Counted from the stretch's first letter, positions 12,991-28,250 are shown. The stretch is DNA of 64,000 nt from the human T2T-CHM13v2.0 reference genome, Homo sapiens (GCF_009914755.1 NC_060938.1); one strand, 5' to 3'. The notes: generated by a model from the sequence alone, not told the origin. Numbers and translations are program-made.

Positions 12991-13267
12991 GGCTCAGATG
13001 GGCTCAAGTTGAAGCCTCCTATTTTATAAAATGGATGTTTAGTAAAGGAACTGGTCTCAGTTATGTTTATAGCACTTGGGATAGTGTTTTCTTGTACATT
13101 TTGTATTTTAAAACACTTTATGCTAGTGCAGCGATCCTTACACAAATACAAAGGGAATAAGAGCCAGTAGTTCAGTCTCCTCAGTTTTAGTGCTGAAATA
13201 ATAAATAGTGACAGGTCAAAAAAATTAGGTATAGTGTGGTATGCAGTAAAAGCTATAGATGAACTTT

Positions 13268-13432
13268 TTTTCTTTTTTTTTAATTTTATTATTATTATAC
13301 TTTAAGTTTTAGGGTACATGTGCACAACGTGCAGGTTTGTTACATATGTATACATGTGCCATGTTGCTGTGCTGCACCCATTAACTCGTCATTTAACATT
13401 AGGTATATCTCCTAATGCTATCCCTCCCCCCT
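13268..13432 (-). mobile_element. L1PA3/4-like, severely 5'-truncated (about 165 bp)
   Basis: Near-consensus L1 3' end; perfect 17-bp TSD AGCTATAGATGAACTTT at 13251-13267 and 13433-13449. Confidence 0.97.
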
Positions 13433-14599
13433 AGCTATAGATGAACTTTGACGAATATATGAATTCCATGTAATTAACACCCAAATCATGATATATAACA
13501 TTCTCATTGTCACATTCCCATTTCCACTGTCTTGCTCTACTGTGTCTTGGTGTCTTGTCTTTTTTTATTGCTTTCTTTAGCAGAACATGTCATATATATG
13601 ATCTATCATTGATCAAACCATTGCCTGTGAACCATAACTATATACATATATATAATCTTAGATATTTTAGATATTTTAGGTCCTTATTATCTTATAAATA
13701 GTTTTTTCTCTGTTTCCAGTTGCTTGTTGCTGGTATATAGGAAGATAATTTATGTTTGTATATAGTCATATTTTGTATCCTGTGACCCTACTCCATTAAT
13801 TTATTAATTTTTATTTATTAATTCCTCAGGAAATTCTATGTACAAAATAATATAATCTGAAGATGCATACACTTAACTCTTTTTCACTTTGAACTCTAAG
13901 CCCTTTATATTCTGGGACTTGAGCACTGAGAGTTTAAGATATTAAGACTAATAGGATATGTATGATAAAAATTTTACTACTTCACATTGAAAAAAATAAG
14001 ATGAAATAATAAACAATCCCTCTATCCTTCAATTGCTGAAAAAGTAACTTGAAAATAACATAATATTTCATAATTCAGCATTCATCTCCCGAAGTTATTT
14101 ATCATTAATTTAAAAATTAAAATTGCATAATATTTAAAATCCATTCCATATTTAAATTTCTTCAGAGCCTACCCCAAGGAAACACCTTCAATTACTACTT
14201 TTTCATTAAAAGACCATACCAAGTTTCAAGGATTTTCCTGTTATTTCATGGCTCTTTAGTTTCTGTTGATCTAGAACAATTCTGTCATCTTCATCTCTCC
14301 TACCAAGTAACTTGATTTTGAGGACAGTATGCCAATGGAGCTTTAGAGCAAGCGTGTCTCACATTATAAATTTTTCTAATTATATCTTTATATGTTGTTT
14401 ACCTTATTCTACTAATGACTATTTTATGTAAACTGGCAGCTTTTAAGGCATGAATAGATACAGGTTAAGTAGTTTGAGCAAAAAAAAAAATAGATAAATT
14501 CTCTGTATTTTGTAATGAATATCATCATGGCCGTGCAGTGCCAGTTTTCTTGCTACTAATAAGGCTAAGTGTGACCCTCTGGTGAGGTGATAACTGCTC

Positions 14600-15330
14600 A
14601 ACCTCATTAATAATAAGGGAAATGTAAATTAAAATCACAATAACATACAAAAACACACCTACAGGAATAACTAAAATAAAAAATCCTGGGAAAACCAAGT
14701 ATTGGCTAGAATGTGAAGAAAGAAGTTTTATATTGTACAAGTATGTATATAAATTACTATAAACATTTAAGACAATTACTCAGTGGAATTAGATAAAGCG
14801 AAACGTATTTCTAAATGCTGCTACTTGACAATTCCACTCCTAAATGACACGTGCACATGAGCACTACCACAGGACTTTCAGTCTGTCAACTTTATTGCTG
14901 CTAATTTGAGTACCAAGGTACTAAATAACATATTCATATAATTATATAATAGAATATATTATAATATGTTAATACATTTGAATGCTATGTGGCAATGATC
15001 ATTTCCCTACCTAACCAAATGTAATATGAGAACTGCTATATGAGAAGCAATACGGATACATTTCACAAGCATATGCTGAATAAAGGAAGTCAATCACAAA
15101 ACATGTAGTCTATGGTTCTGTTATTCACATTAAAAAGTAAATTCCACTTAATTTATGGAATTAGAAGTCAGATCAGGTTTGGAGAAGGAGGAGGAATGGT
15201 GAGTCATAGGGAACAGAACATAGTAAGTGTCTAATAATGGTATATTTCTTGACTTGGTTAGAAGATGCATGGATGTTTTCACTTTGAGGTAATTAATTGC
15301 TCTGAACACCTATCATAAAACAACATTAAA
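14600..15330 (+). mobile_element. L1ME-type 3' end
   Basis: GGGAAATGTAAATTAAAATCACAAT...ACCAAGTATTGG (end of ORF2) plus old 3' UTR (TTAGAAGTCAG...TTCACTTTG). Confidence 0.75.
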
Positions 15331-15714
15331 TATATTAAATAAAATTCTAAGCCATGTACTTTGAAAACATCAATGGTATATCCAATTTCCTAGAAAAAAA
15401 TTAGTTCTTACCAAAATTTACTGTGAAACAAGCTGGAAATCTTAGTAGTATAATGGAAATTCAAGTAATGGATCTAACTGTTAAAACTTTATCCACTGTT
15501 AACAAGACATCCAGATCATTTTACATAATGCTCCTATCACTCAAGAATATAGGAATGTAGTAATACTAATTACAATTAAACTAAATCAAGGGAAAACAGG
15601 TAGAGAGCAGAGGGTTTCACTGGAAATTTCAATGTACCCATAATGTTTTACTTTATGGACAAAAAGATCTAATGTGTCAACATGTTAAGATGATGTAGCT
15701 TAGTCTGGGTATAA

Positions 15715-16155
<441 letters not shown>

Positions 16156-16599
16156 AAATAGATTTGTGAATTTGTTACCTAGATTACATTGTTTGTATTA
16201 TGTATCACCATTAGAAACTTTGGAAGTACATGCAACCATTTTAGATTTATTCAAAGTAGAAAAGAAGTTTATTCATAAACTCCATTTCCACAAAGATGTG
16301 ATAGGCAATGAAAATTTTCCAATTACCCTCTGTTACTTTTGGGTTAGCACATCACCTATGGCTTAAAAAAGACCTCTTGGATCCAGATTTAAAAAGCCAA
16401 AAATATTCTGAGTTTTCAGATTTTCGATGACTTTCTGCAAAATAATATAGTAGGGCTACATTCATACAATGAGTTTTTTATTATTAAACTACCTCTGAAT
16501 CTATTGTTGACTAAACTAGCTTATTCTGTTTGCTTTTTAGTTACCCAATTATAAGTATTGTAGAAAAGTTGGAAGGGTAGGTGTTTCTCCTCAAATGGT

Positions 16600-17125
<526 letters not shown>

Positions 17126-17202
17126 GAAAGATGACCTAGTAGTAACTGATCAATAAATGAAATGTGTATAGTCATTATGCCTACATAAAATTATCTATCA
17201 TT

Positions 17203-17240
17203 TATCTATCTATCTGTCTGTCTGTCTGTCTGTCTGTCTA
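17203..17240. repeat. (TCTA)n(TCTG)n compound microsatellite
   Basis: Seen directly. Confidence 0.9.
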
Positions 17241-17349
17241 AATAAAATCTTAGCCCAATTACTCTATTGAAAAAATCTCAATAAAGCAAGTCACAGGACA
17301 TTTTGCTTCCCAGTGCATATAAAAGTTACACTAAATTGTGTACACTAAA

Positions 17350-18531
17350 CATCCAGGGCTTGTAGTTCCATTTAGAGAGCACAAGCAGAGTAAATTTAGC
17401 ATAATTCTTATGGGCCCTAGGACTTTTGAAATGGTCAAAGAGCATTGACTTAAACATAATGTCACCAGCTACATTAGCTCCTAAGAGGCCTGTCCTTTGA
17501 AGCTTTGAAGCCAGGCATTGACTTCTCTCAAGCTATAAAAGTATTAGATGGCATTGTATTCCAGTTTAAGTCCGCCTACATTAAAAATATATTTTGTGTG
17601 TGTGTGTGTAGCCCTCTTTATCTATTATCTTAGCTAAAACATCTAGAGAACATGTGCAGCTTCTACATCAGCAACTGCTGCTTCACCTTGCATTTTTAGA
17701 CAGTTTCTTTTTCGTGAACTTCATAAACAACCTCTTCATAAACCAAACTTTTCTTCTGCAGCTTTCTCACCATTTCAGTCCACACAGAATAAAGGGAGAG
17801 TTAGGGCCTTGTTCTCAATTAGGCCTTGGTTTAATATAATTTAGTGGCTTGTTTATCTATCCAGAAAACTGAAACTTTCTTCATAAAAGCAATAAGGTTG
17901 TTTTGCTTTCTTATCATTTCTGTGATCACTGTAGTAGCATTTTTAATTTCCTCCAATAACTTTTTCTTCGCATTCACAAGTTGGCTAACTAGTTGACACA
18001 AGAGGTCTCACTTGCAGCCTATTTCAGTTTTTGATGTGTCTTTCTCACTGAGATTAGCTTTTGATTTAAAATGAGAGATGTGCAACTCTTTCACTGGAAC
18101 ACTTACAGGCCATTTTAAGGTAATTAACTGATCTAATTTCAATATTGTTGTGTCTCAGGGAATAGGAAGGCCAGTGGAGGGGAGAGAGACAAGGAATGGC
18201 TGTTTTGTGGAGCAGTCAGAACACACGCATTTATTGACTAACTTTGCCATCTTATATGGAAGTGACTTGTGGCACCTCAAAACAATTACAACAGTCACAT
18301 TTAAAGCTCACCAACCACAGATCACCGTAACAGTTTTAATGTTAAAAAAGTTTGAAATATTGTAAGAATTACCAAATGTGGCACAGAGACACGAAGTGAG
18401 CACATGGTGCCAAGAAACTTGATGGATGCAGGGTTGCCCAGAGCTGTCCATTTGTTAAAATAAAAAAAAAAAAAGTGCAGTACCTGCAGAGTGCAATAAA
18501 GTGAAGCACAATAAATTTAATATATGTACAG
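17350..18531 (-). mobile_element. Tigger1 (TcMar-Tigger) 5' half with degraded transposase
   Basis: CCTGTCCTTTGAAGCTTTGAAGCCAGGCATTGACTTCTC and terminal ACAGAGACACGAAGTGAGCACATG...GCAATAAAGTGAAGCACAATAAA match antisense Tigger1. Confidence 0.92.
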
Positions 18532-18929
18532 TATATGGGATTGTATTGCCAAACCGTCCAATGCTTCACAAAAAAATTATGGTCAATTACTTTGTCTCAT
18601 GTAATGTATTCAGAGAGCCTCTGTGAAATCTAAAGTTTCTCAGAACAGTCTCAGGGGGACGGGATATAGACAAAGGCAGCGATTTACCCATGGTGTTCAT
18701 CCTTTTTCCCATCTTCCAGTGACCAGAGTTACTCCTCCAGAAATCCTGGTTGGGCTACATGGACTGTCTAGCTAGTATGATGTCCAGTCATTCCAGTTAC
18801 CTTTCAACCAGTGCAGCTATCTGGTCTCTGTGATCAAAGCAAAAATGTGATTTATCTGCAGGGCAGCTCCAGCTGGAAAACAAGCTGAGTTCTGGAGTTC
18901 TCAGGGCTTGGGGAAAGAAATATTGGCCA

Positions 18930-19202
18930 GGTTGGGTGCAGTGGCTCACACCTGTGATCCCAGAACATTGAGGTCAGGAGTTCGAGACCAGCCTGGCCAA
19001 AATGGAGAAGCCCTGTCTCTACTAAAAGTACAAAAAATTGCCAGGCGTGGTGGCGTATGCCTGTAATCCAGAAGCTTGGGAGGCTGAGGCAGGAGAATCG
19101 CTTGAACCCAGGAGCCAGAGGTTGCAGTGAGCCGAGCCACTGCACGCCAGCCTGGGCGGCAGAGCAAGACTCTGTCTCAGAAAAAAAAAAAAAAAAGAAA
19201 AG
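18930..19202 (+). mobile_element. AluS with about 30 bp deleted from the left arm
   Basis: 16-bp TSD AAAGAAATATTGG(C/T)CA at 18914-18929 and 19203-19218. Confidence 0.95.
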
Positions 19203-19329
19203 AAAGAAATATTGGTCAAAATAAGTGAATGTGAATCAATACATAAACTGACCCAAGTATATAGTCACAATCTAGATATTTGTCTGAAAACTTTTCTTTG
19301 TCATGCAAATATACTCTATAGAAAATTTT

Positions 19330-20130
19330 TTAACACAGAAAAAATTTCATTGTAACAATGTGTTCTGTAATTTTTACCATTGGATTATTAGTGGGTATAT
19401 GTTTTAACATGTTCCTGCAATTATAAATATTTATAAGTAAATATTCTTGCCTCAAATATTGCAGACAGTTTCTGGGTGTATATTAGCTGTGTCAAGTGCC
19501 GTATATACATTTTAAATGCTAAGTATGTTAATTTGGTCTCCTTCCAGAATGGTTGTGCCAATTTATACTCCCTAAGTCATTTATGAGTTTGCCTACCCAT
19601 CTGCATACTCATCAATATGAGTTTTTAAATAATTTTTAACTCTGTGAAATTAATTAAGGAGAAATGTGGGACATGTTATTTTATTGTTATTTTTTTGAAG
19701 AATTTTTTTTAAATTTTCAAATTTCTATTCTCTACAATGGACATAGTTTTTTCAGTTGCATGTACCTTTACTCTCAGTGCTTATTTCTCATTATAATTTA
19801 AAAAACATTTTATCTTTAAGAATATAATTCCTTTGCAACATATTTTTTCAAATTATTCATTTACCTTTTTATAGTTAATATTATGCCATAAAAATGTATT
19901 CTTGTCAGTATTACTGTTAACAGAGGTAGATATAATAATTTGTTTTACAGTTGCTCTTGTGTTATGTTTTTAAAGATTTTATACCCTTATTATATTGTAT
20001 TTTTTCAACATAATATTATTAAAATATTACAATTTACTTTTACCCTAAAATATTTAAAACATAATTTATGTCGGCATATGTAGCATATTGATAAAATATT
20101 TTAGACAGTAATATTTGTTAAATAACATTT
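19330..20130 (-). mobile_element. Old L1M fragment
   Basis: TTCCAGAATGGTTGTGCCAATTTATACTCCC, antisense ORF2 end; boundaries approximate. Confidence 0.6.
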
Positions 20131-20151
20131 TTATTTATAGATTTCAATGTC

Positions 20152-20461
20152 ATTTTTATTTTGATGTTGTTTTGTGACAAGGTCTCGCTCTGTCCCCCAG
20201 GCTGGAATGCAGTGGCACAATCATGGCTCACTGCTGCTTCCATCTCTCTGGCTAATGCAATTTTCCCACCTCTGACCCTTGAGTAGCTGGGACTACAGGT
20301 GCATGTCACCACATCTGGCTAATCTTTTAAATTTATTTTTTATATAGATGAGGCCTCACTCTGTTGCCCAAGGTGGTCTTGAAATCTTGGGCGCCAGCGT
20401 TCCTCCTGTTTCTGCCTCCCAAACTGTTGAGATTACAGGTGCAAGCCACCGCAACCAGTCC
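20152..20461 (-). mobile_element. AluJo-like
   Basis: GACAAGGTCTCGCTCTGTC...ATCATGGCTCACTG...GATTACAGGTGCAAGCCACC. Confidence 0.93.
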
Positions 20462-21017
20462 TTTTTTATTTTCTAATATACGTTTGAATCTCTTTGTGCA
20501 TTATTTCTTATGTTTGATTTATCTATCTAACCACGTGCCTGTAAAAATACAGTTTATTTTATATTATATGGATTTTAATGCATGATAAACTGTCTTTATT
20601 AGTATTTATTTAAAAAGCTCAAGTATTTTTTATTCTAAATGATATTTAGAGCTTCTTGACCAAGTCTATTAAAATTGATTATAATTAATATTACAAATTA
20701 AATGAGAATAATTTAAAAGGAGGACCTTCTTATAGTTTTTCCATCATGAATTCTTTTAGGTAACATTTTCTGATGAAAGAGTGTTTACCCCTGGCCTTTT
20801 CTTATTTTATCTTTAGCATGTTCATATATTTAATGTTTTATTCTTCATAATATATTTTATTAAAATGTTTCTCTGATTATAAGTAATTTACAAAGAAATT
20901 AAATATACCTACAGACAGGAAATGTTTATTTTCATGAAATTTGTTGACTCATTTGATTATATTTGATTATCTACATGTCTTTTTTCCAACAGTATGCTTT
21001 TGTTTGTTGTTTTCAAT

Positions 21018-21084
21018 TATTGTCTATGAAATCTTTGTTAAGCAACATATTGTCTATGAAACCTTTGTTAAGCAATATATTGTC
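21018..21084. repeat. 30-bp tandem repeat, about 2.2 copies
   Basis: TATTGTCTATGAAA(T/C)CTTTGTTAAGCAA(C/T)A twice, then TATTGTC. Confidence 0.95.
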
Positions 21085-21097
21085 CAAAGACCAATAG

Positions 21098-21222
21098 CAG
21101 TGACCTGACCTACAATAGCTTGTAAGAATTCAAAAAACCAGGTCATATCACAGATTTGTTATGATAGGTATTTTAACAAGACCCCAAGGTGATTCATATA
21201 CCAATGGAAGTCTGAGAATATA
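21098..21222. mobile_element. MER5A-like hAT remnant
   Basis: GTATTTTAACAAGACCCCAAGGTGATTC...AAGTCTGAGAA. Confidence 0.6.
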
Positions 21223-21436
21223 GAACCTCCAGAATAAAACTTTGATTAGACTTTATGCATATATTCATCTTACCAGTGTCTGCCACTCATGGAAGCCATC
21301 ACTAAATTGAATTTCTCCTGTTCTCATGTAAGTGCTCATGTTGTCTTTCTGATCTTTATGTCTGGACAAGCCAGTTGTGTGTTGTTTTGTTTTTGTTTTT
21401 TCACGTAGATAAGGCAGAGCAGTAGATTATTTGCTT

Positions 21437-21441
<5 letters not shown>

Positions 21442-21492
<51 letters not shown>
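21442..21492. repeat. (TG)25 microsatellite
   Basis: Pure dinucleotide run. Confidence 0.98.
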
Positions 21493-21494
<2 letters not shown>

Positions 21495-21847
21495 ATGGTC
21501 TCCCTTCTTACCCAGGGATACTATCTTTCAGAGAAGAGAGAATAGCAACCTGGCCTTTTGCCTTTTTCATTTCATTCATTCCTAGATTAAATGTAACAGG
21601 AATGGCTAAATTGCTAATACGGTGATGGTATTCTTAATAATATTCTGCTTCAATATAGATTTTATTTGCTTTGTGCTCCACTCCATGGGCTCCTGAGGGT
21701 ACAGACATCATATTGCTTATTTATAATCAAGTATATACATTGATTTTTCTGCTATTCACTATCTGGCATTTACCAAAATTCTGTATTACAGATTGACTAA
21801 GAAACCATCTAGATTTATGTTCTACTCTGTGTTATAAATAAGACATA

Positions 21848-22320
21848 TGTCATTTAGAGGTTGGTCAGGTCAATTCAACAGTTACGAGTGATGTGAAATG
21901 GGACTTATTATGAGAACTAAACCTTACAATTGTAGGAGAAAATGAGAAATGAAGATCTGAAAGATGATCGTTGAAGTATCAATATCATTTACGATGGAAC
22001 ATAAAAGTGTGCTGCTGAAGAAGTCTATGGAAGGCTTTTACTCTTTTGTCTGGTGGTGGGCCCAGAGTTGATATAGTTCAGCCTTGCAGGCATTCTGGAA
22101 AAAATCTGGATGTAAGGGATAAGGGAAAAGTGAAGGAATGAAGGAAAGTAAGGGGAAACTGAAACCTATAAGCACAGAGTAGAACCTGTGGGGACAAACT
22201 GACAATTATCCCTGTTTCTCATGCTTTCTGCTCTGGGACTTCATGATGCCATGGTATGGAACACATTCTGTGAAAATCTGCTTTGTATGCACACATACAT
22301 AGTCCTGAAATGCAAGAAAG
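21848..22320 (-). mobile_element. MLT2F/E-like ERVL LTR
   Basis: AGTCTATGGAAGGCT...GTCTGGTGGTGGGCCCAGAG...GGACAAACTG. Confidence 0.7.
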
Positions 22321-23390
22321 TTATTACCCATGGGTCAAAACTTGACAAGTGAAGACAGAAGCAAGTAAATAAGTGATTCTTATAAATATCTCCTTTATTA
22401 AAACAAACAAACAAACAAAAATAATTTGGGTTTCTAAAGTCAGGGCTTCTTGGTTAATTGTGCCCCTCTATCTGAATGCTTTAGCTACCTGTAAAAAATG
22501 ACAATGTTTTCATTTTAACTTAGCCTTATATAACCAGCTCAGGAGTACAGAACTCGTCAAGTATTGGAAGAGAAGTAGAATCACTATTGTTAATTGTGTT
22601 GTTGTCATCACTGTATTTGTAAACATATCCTGGTAGCTTTCATGCCTTTGTTTGTTTATAGTCACTCAGACTTCAGGCTAGAGGCTTGCTGTAATAGTTT
22701 CTTTCCTTGGCTTTTTATCTGCCTATACTGTCATTCATCTTTCAATCATCACTTTGCTAGATAAATGTCCTGTTTCACTGATATGTGTGCTTTTTGTATG
22801 AGGCCTTGTCAGTGTTGGGGAAATATGTTCTATCATATGTGCATTTGATCTGTTTCACAGCCATGACATTATTATGTACATATGTATTCCATTATCCCAG
22901 ATTTCTCATCATCTTGCAGATTTCTTCCATATTTATAATTTTCCTTACTCTACTTCATCTTCTCAGAAATGTATTTATTTCACTATACTTTTAGTATAAT
23001 ATATGTCACATATGTGATCAATCTATATTAGAGCAACTTTTATATACAGAAACAATATGGGGAATGATGGATTGTAAATGAATAATGAAGATTGTTTTAG
23101 TTTATTCTCAGAATTTTCTTATCTAAAGAATATGTTCTAGTATTCTGTATTTTGTCAATATACTAACAGTACATTAGTATTTCACCTCTCAGGAGATGAT
23201 ACTAGCACGTTCAAATAAAGCCTTGAGCTCAATTGTGTCTAGACATATTGCTGAGAGATAGTAAATGGCATTCCAACGTCAAGATGTAGTTGAAATGATA
23301 AAAGTCATTGTCTGCCTAGGTGAGTGAATTCTAAATTCAAGTGTTGGGAAAGATATGGACTAACGTTCAAAGATCAATGAGTCAATATAG

Positions 23391-23695
23391 GGCCAGCCGT
23401 GGTGGTTCACTCCTGTATTCCCAGCAATTTGGGAGGCCAAGGCAGGCAGATCACCTGAGGTCAGGAGTTCAAAACCAGCCTGCCCAACATTGTGAAACCC
23501 TGTCTCTACTAAGAATGCAAAAATTAGCTGGGCTTGGTGGCAAGCGTCTGTAATCCCAGCTACTTAGGAGGCTGAGACAGGAGAATCTCTTGAACCCGGT
23601 AAGCGGAGGTGGCAGTGAGCCGAGACAGCACCATTAAACTCCAGCCTTGGCGACTAGTGAAACTTGACAAGAGTCTCAATAAATAAATAAATAAA
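23391..23695 (+). mobile_element. AluSx/Sq-like with (AAAT)n tail
   Basis: Dimeric Alu; TSD aat(g/a)agtcaatata at 23376-23389 and 23694-23707. Confidence 0.95.
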
Positions 23696-24144
23696 TAAGT
23701 CAATATAATGACAGTGTATTTTGCAAGTCATAACAAATGTTTATTTTTTTAAAAAAAGTGATGAAAAGAAACTTATTTAATAATTACTGTATAAAATGGA
23801 AGAACTAAGTATTTATTATATTCATATTATTAGGTAGTGAACCACGTTCAAACTTAGGCATCATTTTATTTTGCATTGGTCTATGGGAACATTTTATATA
23901 CACATAAAAATTACAAACAAGAATTATTTTAAAAACTCTAAAAATCCTTAGTCAAAGCTCTTTTGTGCATAACAGCTGTTCAAGGATGTAACTTGGTTAA
24001 TGTTACTCTGTGGCAAACTAGCTGACTACACTTTCCGATATCTGAGGAAAACATTTGAAGTCTACATGAAATGGATTAGTTGTAAATCATGAATGTATTT
24101 TTCTTGCATGCTTTATTAGGATAGTACAAAAAGCAAGATTTTAA

Positions 24145-24482
<338 letters not shown>

Positions 24483-26638
24483 CTTATATTTTAAAAATTA
24501 CAATGTAATTACAAATAAATTTCTTCTTTTCTCCTTCTTCTTTAAATGGGAATTATTTCTCTTTTTACCAGGTAAGAATGATGTTAGGTTTACTGTGTTT
24601 TAAATGCACTTATTACTTTCCAATTAATTTCAAAACTTTGTAAAAAGTAATATATCTTCTATATTTAAAGGTTTGAGCGTAGTTCATAGAACCATGTTGT
24701 TGAATATGCAATTATTTACTAGAGTAATTGTTTTCCTGGGAACAATATACCAATATTGTTCTATGGACCATATCTAAGATTTTAAATATTCAAGCTTATG
24801 TAAAATAAATGTCGTCTGCTCTAATATAGTCATTTCACCTGCATTTAAAATTATCACCTATCAAGTCAGAATGGTTGCTGAACTTGAAAAATTATATTTA
24901 ATGGGAAATCATGAATGAACACAGATGTTTCTCATTCAAGTATCATTTCCCCGCTAGTTGATGGCTTCTTGCTTAGTAGGGCATGGAATTTAAGACTAGA
25001 AACTACTTTCCTGAGAAAAAGTGATAAAGAATAGGGTTATTATTTCTTTTGGGAAGTAGTTGCTTGAAACATGACTAAAATGTGCCAAAACTAAAAAAGA
25101 AAAAAAAGAAAAAAAAAAAGCTTAAACTCTAAACCACTACTAAATTGTCTTGTGTGAAAATCAATGAAGTTATCATACTACCACCACAGCTTTACTCCCA
25201 AAACCTTCGTTATAATTTGCATGTTTAAAACAAAAGGCAAATTCTGATTTGAAAAATAAAATGCTTATTTTCATGGCTACAAATGTTACTTCTTTTTATT
25301 TGAGAGTTAAGACTTTGAAGAAGAAAAGTCCATATCGAGAGGGAATAGTGACTCATGGATGAACAATATTTCATTTTCTAGACTACAGCTAATGTCACAA
25401 GCAAATTAACTTTTTTGACACATGACTTATCATCAAGCCTAGGGATAATAGGTTTAACTATAGAATTTCAATTCAATTAATCTGAAACTTAATCTCAGGT
25501 AAAGTATGAGAAATACCTAGATGACAATATAAAGAACAACAGAGTATAAATGACTTAAAGAAAGAGAGACAATCGGTCTGATATAGATTATAGAAAGGAA
25601 GAAAATAGGTATTTTCTTTAATGGAAAGTAAAAAAAAAAATTGGTGACAAAATTGCAGTATAGATGATGGGCAAAAATAGAACTTGAAATTTTAACAAAC
25701 CAAAATATAATTGTAGAAATGTTGACATAATTGAGAGAGTTTATAAGCAAAAAAGCAAAGAAATTATAGGTCCAACTAGTACATATATATCTATAATTTT
25801 TTAAAAGAATAAAAAATTGTTGGATTTAAATGATAAAAGAAGTGTACTTAAATAGCTCACTTTGGAAGAGAATGTTATAGAAGAACAAAATTAACATTAA
25901 AAAGTATATTAGAAAAAAGTAAACCTTGACTTTGGTACATAGTTACACTAAAATCAGGTCGTTTAATAAAGTGTTTCTTTCACTTGGCTTACATTATTAT
26001 TGCTCAGACTTGCAAGTTTGAAACACCAAAGTTATTACTTGGTTTTAATTATCACACACAAGGGACACATTATCCAAAAAAGAAATGGTGGAAATCTTGA
26101 AGTGAATTGATCAGATATTGTATATGTTTCTAATTTCAAATGAAAGAAATGTTGAATAGTAAGTATAACTACCAGTGACTGCTTGCCTTGTGTGGTGGCA
26201 GTTAATTACAAACACATTACTATATTAGCAGCCCCAAATTTGGTATGACTGCCGTGATATTTTGTTTGTGTATTTGAAATAAAAATGGAAAATACACGTT
26301 TTTTCAATGTGTATTTTGAAATGAAAATGAAGAAACAGGGAGATATTTAATATGAAAGACTAAAACATTAAATTCAAAATAATGTCACAATTATGATATG
26401 ATGCAGGTTTTATAGAAATTTTATTAGCTTTACATACAATGTATGTAGATTTTCCATGAATTAAAAATTCATGACTTACCAACAAAGACTCTAAAAGTTG
26501 TTCCTTCTCTCCTTCCCCCTCATCCATTCTCTCTCTCTCTCTTTCTGTCACTCTTTGTCATCAGCAATATCCAATAGTATTGTAATAATATCTGAATCTT
26601 GCTTTTTCTTCACAAGATATTACATTAATAAACTCAGA

Positions 26639-26640
<2 letters not shown>

Positions 26641-26690
<50 letters not shown>

Positions 26691-26956
26691 TTGAGACAGA
26701 GTTTCGCTCTGTTGCCCAGGCTGGAGTGCAGTGGCACAGTCTCGGCTCACTGCAACCCCCGCCTCCATGGTTGAAGTGATTCTCCTGCCTCAGCCTGCCA
26801 AGTAGGTGTGATTACAGGCACCCGCCACTAAGCCTAGCTAAGTTTTTTGTATTTTTAGTAGAGACGGGGTTTCCCCACGTTGGCCAGGCAGGTCTCAATG
26901 CACCCCTTGGCCTCTCCAAGTGCTAGAATTACAGGCCTAAGCCACTATGTGCGGCC
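26641..26956 (-). mobile_element. AluS with (TTA)16 tail and about 20 bp deleted near the B box
   Basis: TSD cagacatta at 26635-26643 and 26957-26965. Confidence 0.95.
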
Positions 26957-27539
26957 CAGACATTAATTTTGAGTAAGAAAATAGCATTGCTTGCATATTG
27001 ACTATTCAGATAATTAGATGCAAAACTTGCCACATAAGAATTTAAATAACATACTCATGCCACTGAGGCAAGTGTTAAGGGTAAATTATTTAACAAGATT
27101 GAAATCCATCAATCAGAAGAGTGTTGAAACAGTTTCACTGGTAAATAATTTTCTTCCAAATGATTTTTCCATATATATTATTAAATTAGTTTGTTATAGT
27201 GGTAACAGGGTTTGGCTCCTGTAAGATGTGGGATTTTTGTTTGTTTGAATTGATGGGTTCGGCAGCAATAAATGAAAACACAATTAAAAGAGGCTTAAAT
27301 ATACATGGTATGTGTTATGTCATGTAGGAACTCTAGAGCTTCATGGCTACAAAATTTGCTAAGTCATTGACTCAAATATGTAATTAAGGCTAAAATTTTC
27401 CCCCCACTTTCACTCTGCACCTTCAGCATGCTTGCCATGACTTTCATGTTGATATGATAATGTCGGATACATAGGGATTACAACTACACAAATCAAGGAG
27501 GGGAGGGGAAGATCGAAGATGATGTGGTATGTCTGATTT

Positions 27540-28250
27540 TTAAAATCATTTTACTCTGATATAATTTCAAACTCAAAAAATTTCCAAAAGTAGCAAAAGT
27601 AAACAAGTACACATAAAGAGGCATGTTTCTTTTTCCTGACATTTAAGCACATTAATGCTTAATTGTTTAATGCTTAGTTAATGGTTAATGTGGTTTCTGT
27701 CAGATTTCTCTCCTGTGAATTTCCTAGTTTTCCTTTTGTATTAACTAAATAGATATTAGCGGATATTTTGAAGCTGTCTGGATAAGTTTCATATACAGTT
27801 TTCACCCACTAGTTTTAGTAAACATTAATCATTTTCTAAATATATTACTCATCCACATTAATTAGTTGATACTCTGTTCAAAAGAAGAATTTTTATTTTG
27901 TGTTATTTATTTACTTACTTATGGACATGCTGGTTATAGTATTTAACTCATTACAATATTTGGTAATTTTGATTGTAAAGTTGTCTCTGAATTGGCTAAT
28001 GATAGCACTGTAGATGTAATTGTACCCTTTCAACACATTTCGGTCATTTTTTAGCACTTCTTTTATTTCTGGCTTAACAAGGTTTTTCTTGCTTATCTCT
28101 TAACATCCCTTCCGTAGATCTGAAATCTATAATTTCTCTAAAGAGTTAACGTTTTGTGTGTTTGTAAGGAATGATATTTAGAAGCCAAAGGCTGAGATCC
28201 GAGTGCTGGGTGTGCTCATTGCTACTGAGGAACTATTTTCAGGAGACAAT
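27540..28250 (-). mobile_element. L1MC4/5-like 3' region
   Basis: ATAATTTCAAACTCAAAAAA...; GATATTTAGAAGCCAAAG...GTGCTGGGTGTGCTCATTGCTACTG. Confidence 0.75.
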
